DNA of 64,000 bases from Neocallimastix sp. 'constans' (taxonomy: Eukaryota), in NCBI GenBank assembly GCA_050613775.1, contig JBODTK010000016.1:1178001-1242000 (forward strand), read 5' to 3'. Within the stretch, counting starts at the first letter, position 1, and every line of letters begins with the position of its first letter. The notes beneath the pieces are model-generated. The model did not search any database. It was not told the DNA's origin and saw only the letters and a program-made list of their open reading frames with translations. Position numbers and translations under genes: made by a program. Below are positions 57,789 to 64,000 of the stretch, piece after piece.

Positions 57789-58093
57789 TATAATTATAAT
57801 AATAATAAATTATATAAGATAATTTGTTTTTTATACAAATTTAATAAAAATATAAATATACAGTAAATTTTTATAATATTAATTTTAAATACCCTAATAA
57901 AATTCATATGTTTATAATATGTATGAAAATAACATAATAAATAAAAATTAAAATAAAAAAAAATAAAAAAAAAAAAAAATAAAAAAAAATAAAAATAAAA
58001 ATGACTATAATAATAATAATAATATGGATAATTAAGTAAAAATAATATATATATTTTATTAATTGTGTTTTTTTATAAAATAATTTTATTTTT

Positions 58094-58229
58094 ATCTTTA
58101 ACTATATGTGTATTCTCTTCCCTGTTTTCACCTACATGTATTTTTTTATAATAAAATTAATAAAGTTATGGAAGTGTATTCTCTTCCCTGTCTAAAAAAA
58201 AAAAAAAAAAAAAAAATCTTTAACTATAT
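58094..58229 (+). mobile_element. Very short retroposed insertion (5'-truncated LINE 3' end or SINE) with poly(A) tail and 14-bp target-site duplication
   Basis: ATCTTTAACTATAT at 58094-58107 and 58216-58229 flanks an 86-bp body plus an A-run (58194-58215). Confidence 0.75.
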
Positions 58230-58269
58230 AATGTATTAAAATAATGAGATGTCAATTACATATTTTTTA

Positions 58270-59177
58270 ATAATTACATTTGTTCATAACAGTATTATTT
58301 ACAAGGAGAATTATTTCAGAAATCAAAGACTTAACATTTCAATATCATAGGTATCAATTAGGATTCTTTTGGATTTCTCCCACAATGATGGGTTAGGGTT
58401 AGTAGGGGTTATAGAAATTACCAACAGAACACTTAGAGTGATTCCAGAGACTCTATGTTGTTAAAGAAACAAGATAAGTATAGGAATTATCTTCAAGTAC
58501 TGCTTGACATGAGACATGATTGCCAAGATATAAACCTCTGCAACCTGGAGTAGTAGGATCCATTCTTTTCAAGAAATATTTATAGTTGGGAAGTGTTACT
58601 TTACATGGATTTCTAGCCTCATTGGTACCATTACCTGTTTCCTGAAAACATATAAATAATGGTTTAAATATTGTGTTGAAGTACTCAATACTATCTCTTT
58701 TCACAAAATTCCATCCATTGGTATTCCAACTAAGACAAAAAGAAAACTTTCCTGTGTTAGAATGTGAAAATGAATTTTGAGAATTAAGATTAGGAATATT
58801 GAGAGCAATTAGTTCATGATTGCCATTATTAGCATTTACTAAATTTGTTGAACTGAGATTTACTGTGTTAATATCATTGGATGTATTATTCGATATTAAA
58901 TTTTGTTTTAAATGCCGAAAAGAAACCTTATGATTCCAATTGGAACATTTACAATTTGAAAATTTAACTCCTGATAGTGCTTTTTTAAATACTTTTTTAA
59001 ATTTTTTGACATTGAAATTTGGAGTGCATACTTTTATCCTGAAGAATCTATCATTGAATTTAGTAATTCTCTTTACTGGCAAAATATTATCATTGAATTT
59101 TTTGCATTTAGAATGAATAAATTCCTTCATTTTAGCATTAGTCCATAAATGTATACCACGGATAAAAATCAACCCTG
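58270..59177 (-). mobile_element. LINE fragment: N-terminal region plus start of AP-type endonuclease
   Basis: ORF 58453-59172 contains CLSWNTNG..R...ICFQETG (APE motifs). Its 3' part is the reverse complement of the sequence at about 61440-61690. Confidence 0.85.
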
Positions 59178-60028
59178 TGTTGTCAATAGATGTTCCATAG
59201 CATTTCTATAATGAACTAACAAACTACAATTTAAAAAAATGAAACAATGAAAACTAAAATACTAAAAACTAAGAAATATAGATAAAAAATATATATATAT
59301 ATATATATATAATTAAATAGAAAAATATAAATAAAAAAAAATTATAATAAAAATATGAAGATCCTATCTTCGTAGAGTAATAAATTAAGTTTAAATAAAA
59401 TGAACAACTTAAGAATCTTGTAGTAATGAATAATATCTTTTTTCCTGTTATTTTAGTAATGAATAAACTCTTTTTTTTTTTTTTTTTTTTTTTTTTCTGT
59501 TATGTATTTTCTGTTAACTTTTGAGTTTCTGAAATTCTAATCAATTTGTAAAGCTTGATTGATAAATAATTTTCTCTATTGTAATCATAAATAAACTGAA
59601 ATGAAAATGTAAATAATGTTAGTAGTGAAAGACTATAAAAAGATTCCTATCAGTTAAATAATGTCTTAAACACAAGCTTTGGAGTGAATCAATCACCTAT
59701 ATTTCCATTTTACAATAGCTACATGAAAGTATAACTAATACTATAGAAAAATACATATACAAAGTAATGCTAAAGTAAAAAATACAATATATTCATTACA
59801 ATAATAATATGTAGAAACTACATGATATTATTAATTATACAATTCCAATGTTACTACATATCCAGTTTAAAACAATATAATCCGTCAAGTTCACTTTCTA
59901 CAGTCTCACAGTTTTCTCTCTTCGTAATAGAAGCCACTTTATAAAGGATAACCATCGATTATCATCAGAATCACAGAAAGCTGTAATTAGTACACCTGAT
60001 ATAGGTTATTCCTTTTCCATCAACCCTC
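59178..60028 (-). mobile_element. Possible degraded Ty1/Copia remnant
   Basis: Minus strand near 59960-60020 reads GKGITY / LITAFCDSD, like a Copia RT-RNase H junction. TGTTG at 59178 coincides with the point where the LINE ORF stops. The matching LTR end was not found. Confidence 0.25.
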
Positions 60029-60029
60029 C

Positions 60030-61375
60030 GTGGACCTGGAAAAACAGTCCCTATTTCTCCCCCTGGTTAAGCATGTTAAATACAAACAAATTAAGCGTTA
60101 TGTTACTGCAAATGATTCCAATGAATTTGCTAAAATAGTTGACTCGTATAACAGACTTTGTGATTCAATTCATAAAAAGTGTAACGAATTTAGGAAAAAA
60201 GAATATTTATATTGGATTAAAATTGGATGTTCGTTAGCTCTTAAAAAGGATAGTAGGGAAATTTATACTTATCTTCCAAGGCTTGTGTAAGAGTTGATGG
60301 ACAATTATTGGAATCATTTAATATTAAGAAAGGAGTTCGTCAAGGTTGTCCCCTCTCACCAATTTTGTTTAACTTGTTCATTAATGATATTTTTAATAAT
60401 TGTAATAAATATGGCATCTCTATTGCTGATAAACATTGTTGTGGAGGTCTTTTTGCAGATGACATTGGGTTATGTGCTCCAACAAGATCCCAACTTAAGA
60501 AATTGTTAAAGTTTGCCAGTAAATGGGATAGAAATAATGAAATGCAATTTGGTATCAATAAATGTACCAGTCTAGTAGTACGAGGGGAAGTTTCTAGTTT
60601 TCTTTATAAAAGTAACCCTACCTTTTATCTTTCAAGTCAAGAGTTACCTAAAACGAATTGCTATACCTACTTAGGTGTACCATTTTCAAATGATTTAGAA
60701 TTGAAACCGATCATACAGAGAATGAATAATAAAGTCAGAAAAGCCCTTTATTCCATAAAAAGATTTCTTAAGAATCCTCATATTCCTATCCCTTATAAAA
60801 TAATGTTATTTTCAGCTATAGTTATTGGATAAGTTTCATATTATGCACCTCTACTTGGATCTAACAAAGAAAGAACAAGAAATACACAGATACTAGTTAA
60901 TACAGAATTATACTGGATTGAAGGATTTTCTAAAGGGAATAGCTTTACTTCCCTTTATTGTGTTTCTAAAGAACTTAACTTTCCTCCTCTTTCGGCGAAA
61001 TGTGCGATTGCTCAGGTAAGGTGTTTTAAAAAATGGAAAAACTCGAAATGTATTATCTCTGACTTACTTAGAGATATATCTCATTGTAGACGTCATGCAT
61101 GGGATAAAGAAAGTAAAATTTTAGCTGACAAATTAGATAAATTTCCATCAATAAAAGCAATTTTAAACTTTTACTGAGATAGAGATATGGCGGGAAAATC
61201 AATCAAAGCTAAGGCTTATAAAAATAATAATTTTGAGAAAACTAGAGAGTATCTTAAACTAAATTATAAATATCCAGAATTTAGCATTGGCTTCTGATGG
61301 GTACTTCGTGCCAGATGTGGATATAAATTAGATGCTCGTGATGCCAAAGCCGCTAAAATGATTGAAGAAGATTTT
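60030..61375 (+). mobile_element. LINE fragment (internally deleted): reverse transcriptase C-terminal half and downstream region
   Basis: KGVRQGCPLSPILFNLFIND, GLFADD, FGINKC and YTYLGV motifs; several premature stops downstream. Confidence 0.92.
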
Positions 61376-62650
61376 CTCACTGGATTTTTGCCTGTTAAGA
61401 ATTGGAAAATTTCAAAAAAAAATCTTTACCTTTTCCAGATGATCCAACTACGCCAGGATGCAGAGGTTTATATCTTGGTTATCATGTCTCACGTCAAGCA
61501 GTACTTGAAGATAATTCCTATACTTATCTTGCTTCTTTAACAACATATAGTCTCTAGAATCACTCTAAGTGTTCTGTAGGTGATGTCTATATTCTGATAA
61601 GAAACACTCATTACAAGTCCTATATGCATTCTTTGAAATTTTCACATGGCTTCAGAATCACACTAATCATCCATCTATTCTTCATAGAGAATTTAACATG
61701 AACTCTACGCCTAATTTTAAAGCTTGTGGTCCTAATGGTATTCCAATGGAATACTTCAAAGCCTTGATTCCTTATAAAGATAATTCAGAAGAATCAAGTG
61801 AAAATAATAGTAATATTTCATCGGGCTTTAAATGTTTCGAATCCTTAATCAATCGTTTTGGAATGGTGATTTCCCAAAATCATGGAATAATCTATCGATA
61901 ATTTCTAATCATAAAAAGGGCAATCTATCAGATTGTAATAACTATTGTGGCATCTCTCTTATTAATAATGGATTAAAAATTATAGCAAAAATCATCGCTA
62001 ATAGATTCTCTAAATATGGAATTGATAAAGGATTTATAAGACCAGAATAATATGGATTTCATAATTGAGAAGAATGTGTAAGTCTTTACACTATATTAAT
62101 AATTATATGTCAGAGACGAAAATTTGAAAATAAGGATACTTACTTCGCTTTTTTGGACCTTAAAAAAGCGTATGACTCAGTGCTCATGTATAATGTATTA
62201 ATGAAGATTCATAACTTAGGTATTAAAGGTAAGTGCTATAAATTTATTGAAAACTTATAATTATCTTCCAAGGCTTTTGTAAGGGTTGATGGACAATTAT
62301 CAGAATCATTTAGTATTAAGAAAGGAGTTCGTTAAGGTTGTCCCCTCTCACCAATTTTATTTAATTTGTTCTTTAATGATATTTTTAATAATTGTGATAA
62401 ATATGGAATCTCTATTGCTGATAAACGTTGTTGTGGAGGTCTTTTTGCAGATGACATTGTATTATGTGCACCAACAAAATCTCAACTTAAGAAATAATTA
62501 AATGGGCTAGAAACAATGAAATGCAATTTGGTATTAATAAATGTGCCAGCTTACTAGTACGAAGAGAAGTTTCAAGATTTCTTAATAACAGTAATCCTAC
62601 CTGTTATCTTTCAAGTCAAGGGTTACCTAAAACGAAATTGTTATACCTAC
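61376..62650 (+). mobile_element. Second LINE fragment of the same family: endonuclease piece joined to a degenerate RT
   Basis: DPTTPGCRGLYLG endonuclease piece, then KACGPNGIP, KKGNLSDCNNY.GISL, FLDLKKAYDSV and GLFADD. About 62250-62650 closely matches about 60260-60670. Many stops. Confidence 0.92.
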
Positions 62651-64000
62651 TGTAATGAAACTCACAATAACTGGTTGTTCTTTTAGCAATAAACTGGCTA
62701 TAACTAAAATCTTGGTAATTCTCCAGCAACTCTGCGTAGTGAGGATTGTCGTCGATCACGTCGGCGTTGACCCACTCTTGTTTATCATTCTGGTACGCAA
62801 CCAGATATTGGTATTGCCCTTGATGCTTCCTTGATACAAGGATGTGAATTATCGATAATTTAATAGGAATATAGGATTTAAATAAAAGGAAAGTAGATAG
62901 GAGATTTGATTCATTGATTGAATCAAGTGTAGGAAAATTATAATAAATTGTTTTTAAATTTTTTGATGTTCTGGACTCCTTTTGAAGTTCACCAATTAGT
63001 TTTTTTGGTTATTATTTTGATTATTATTATTGTTATTATTATTAAAATAATTATTGCTTGATTTATTTTTAGTATAATAATAATTATTATTATAATTATT
63101 GTTATTGTTTACGTGTGGGCTTGAATGTTTCTTTCTCAAATTTTTATTACCAATATTATTTCTTAATTGGTCCTTACTTTTAATATTATTTTCAAATAAG
63201 ATACATTTAGTATAAATATCACCAAACTTAGTAGGGAATTCTTCCATTTTATCTATTTCTTCTTGGATCTTTGGGTGAAGTCCATTATAAAAAAATAAGA
63301 CTAAAGCTTCTTCATCCCAAGACAGACCAGTAGTTAACGTTCTAAACTTTTCTATATAATCATTTATTTTTCCATACAAATGTTTTAATTTTACTAACTG
63401 GATTTTAGCCAATTTTTTACTTGCAACATTCGTAAAAGTTTTCTTTATATTACTTAATAATTTCTTTAGTGTTCCTAGATGATTGTTCTCGTTATAGGTA
63501 GCAATACACTAATTCCTTGCGCCGTCTCTCAAACGAGATTTGGCAAAGTTTATTTTTACTTCTTCTGGTAATCCTAAGATGGGATAAGTTGAAAAAGTAT
63601 CTTCTCATAATTGCCAGAATAAATCTGTGTCATTAGTGTTACCCGAAAAGAATCCAAATTCAGGTACTTGTTGCAAATTATTAGAATAACTATTTTTTAT
63701 GATGACATCATTATCTGCATAACGTCTGGTAGAAATAGATGCATTATCATCTTGATTTTGCAATACATTTTGGCTAGAAGAGGGTTCGTCGTTAGTACCA
63801 ACTTTTATATCTAATTTTTCATTACATATTTTAGTTAAATTAGAAAGTTGATTAATTATATTTTTATTATTTCTGTAAAATGTATAGAGTTTTTTCTGAA
63901 ACTCCTGGTTATATTTATTAAAATCTTCTTTTAATAAAAAACTATCATTAACAGAAGAAGTCAATTCGGATACAGTAACTTGGGCGTCAGACCTTAACTT
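62651..64000 (-). mobile_element. Ty3/Gypsy (chromovirus-like) LTR-retrotransposon derivative: gag with 2 stops, -1 frameshift signal, chromodomain-like frame; no PR/RT/RH/IN; continues beyond the window
   Basis: Gag-like text (FAKSRLRDGARN*..DYIEKFRTL..DEEAL..FYNGL) lies in one frame from 63964 to 62996. The element ends in ...TTACA on the minus strand (TGTAA at 62651) exactly where LINE homology breaks. Confidence 0.82.

Overview
Extremely AT-rich eukaryotic DNA with GT-AG introns and long homopolymer/microsatellite tracts. This style suggests an anaerobic gut fungus (Neocallimastigomycota), which is an inference only. From left to right the window holds: a decayed LMBR1/LIMR-like membrane-protein gene (-); an intact 9-exon Nup58/Nup49-type FG nucleoporin (+, 4191-7800); about 10 kb of gene-poor spacer containing a compound satellite, a small structured GC-richer island with a telomere-template-like AAACCCTAAACC motif, and a possible eroded MORN-repeat remnant; a 39-kb uninterrupted ORF (13,027 aa); and a nest of retroelement debris. 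The giant protein has roughly 80-90 charge-patterned beta-hairpin-like modules separated by PEVK-like EEQPI linkers, 9 polybasic motifs, 16 amphipathic K-segment-like helices and a C-terminal CaaX box (CIIM). The retroelement debris comprises a tiny poly(A)/TSD insertion, three LINE pieces, and a Ty3/Gypsy derivative whose gag is linked by a -1 frameshift signal directly to a chromodomain-like frame with no enzymes. The best candidate for an undescribed system is the giant, probably farnesylated, titin/epiplastin-like protein. All family assignments and counts were made by eye; no searches were run.
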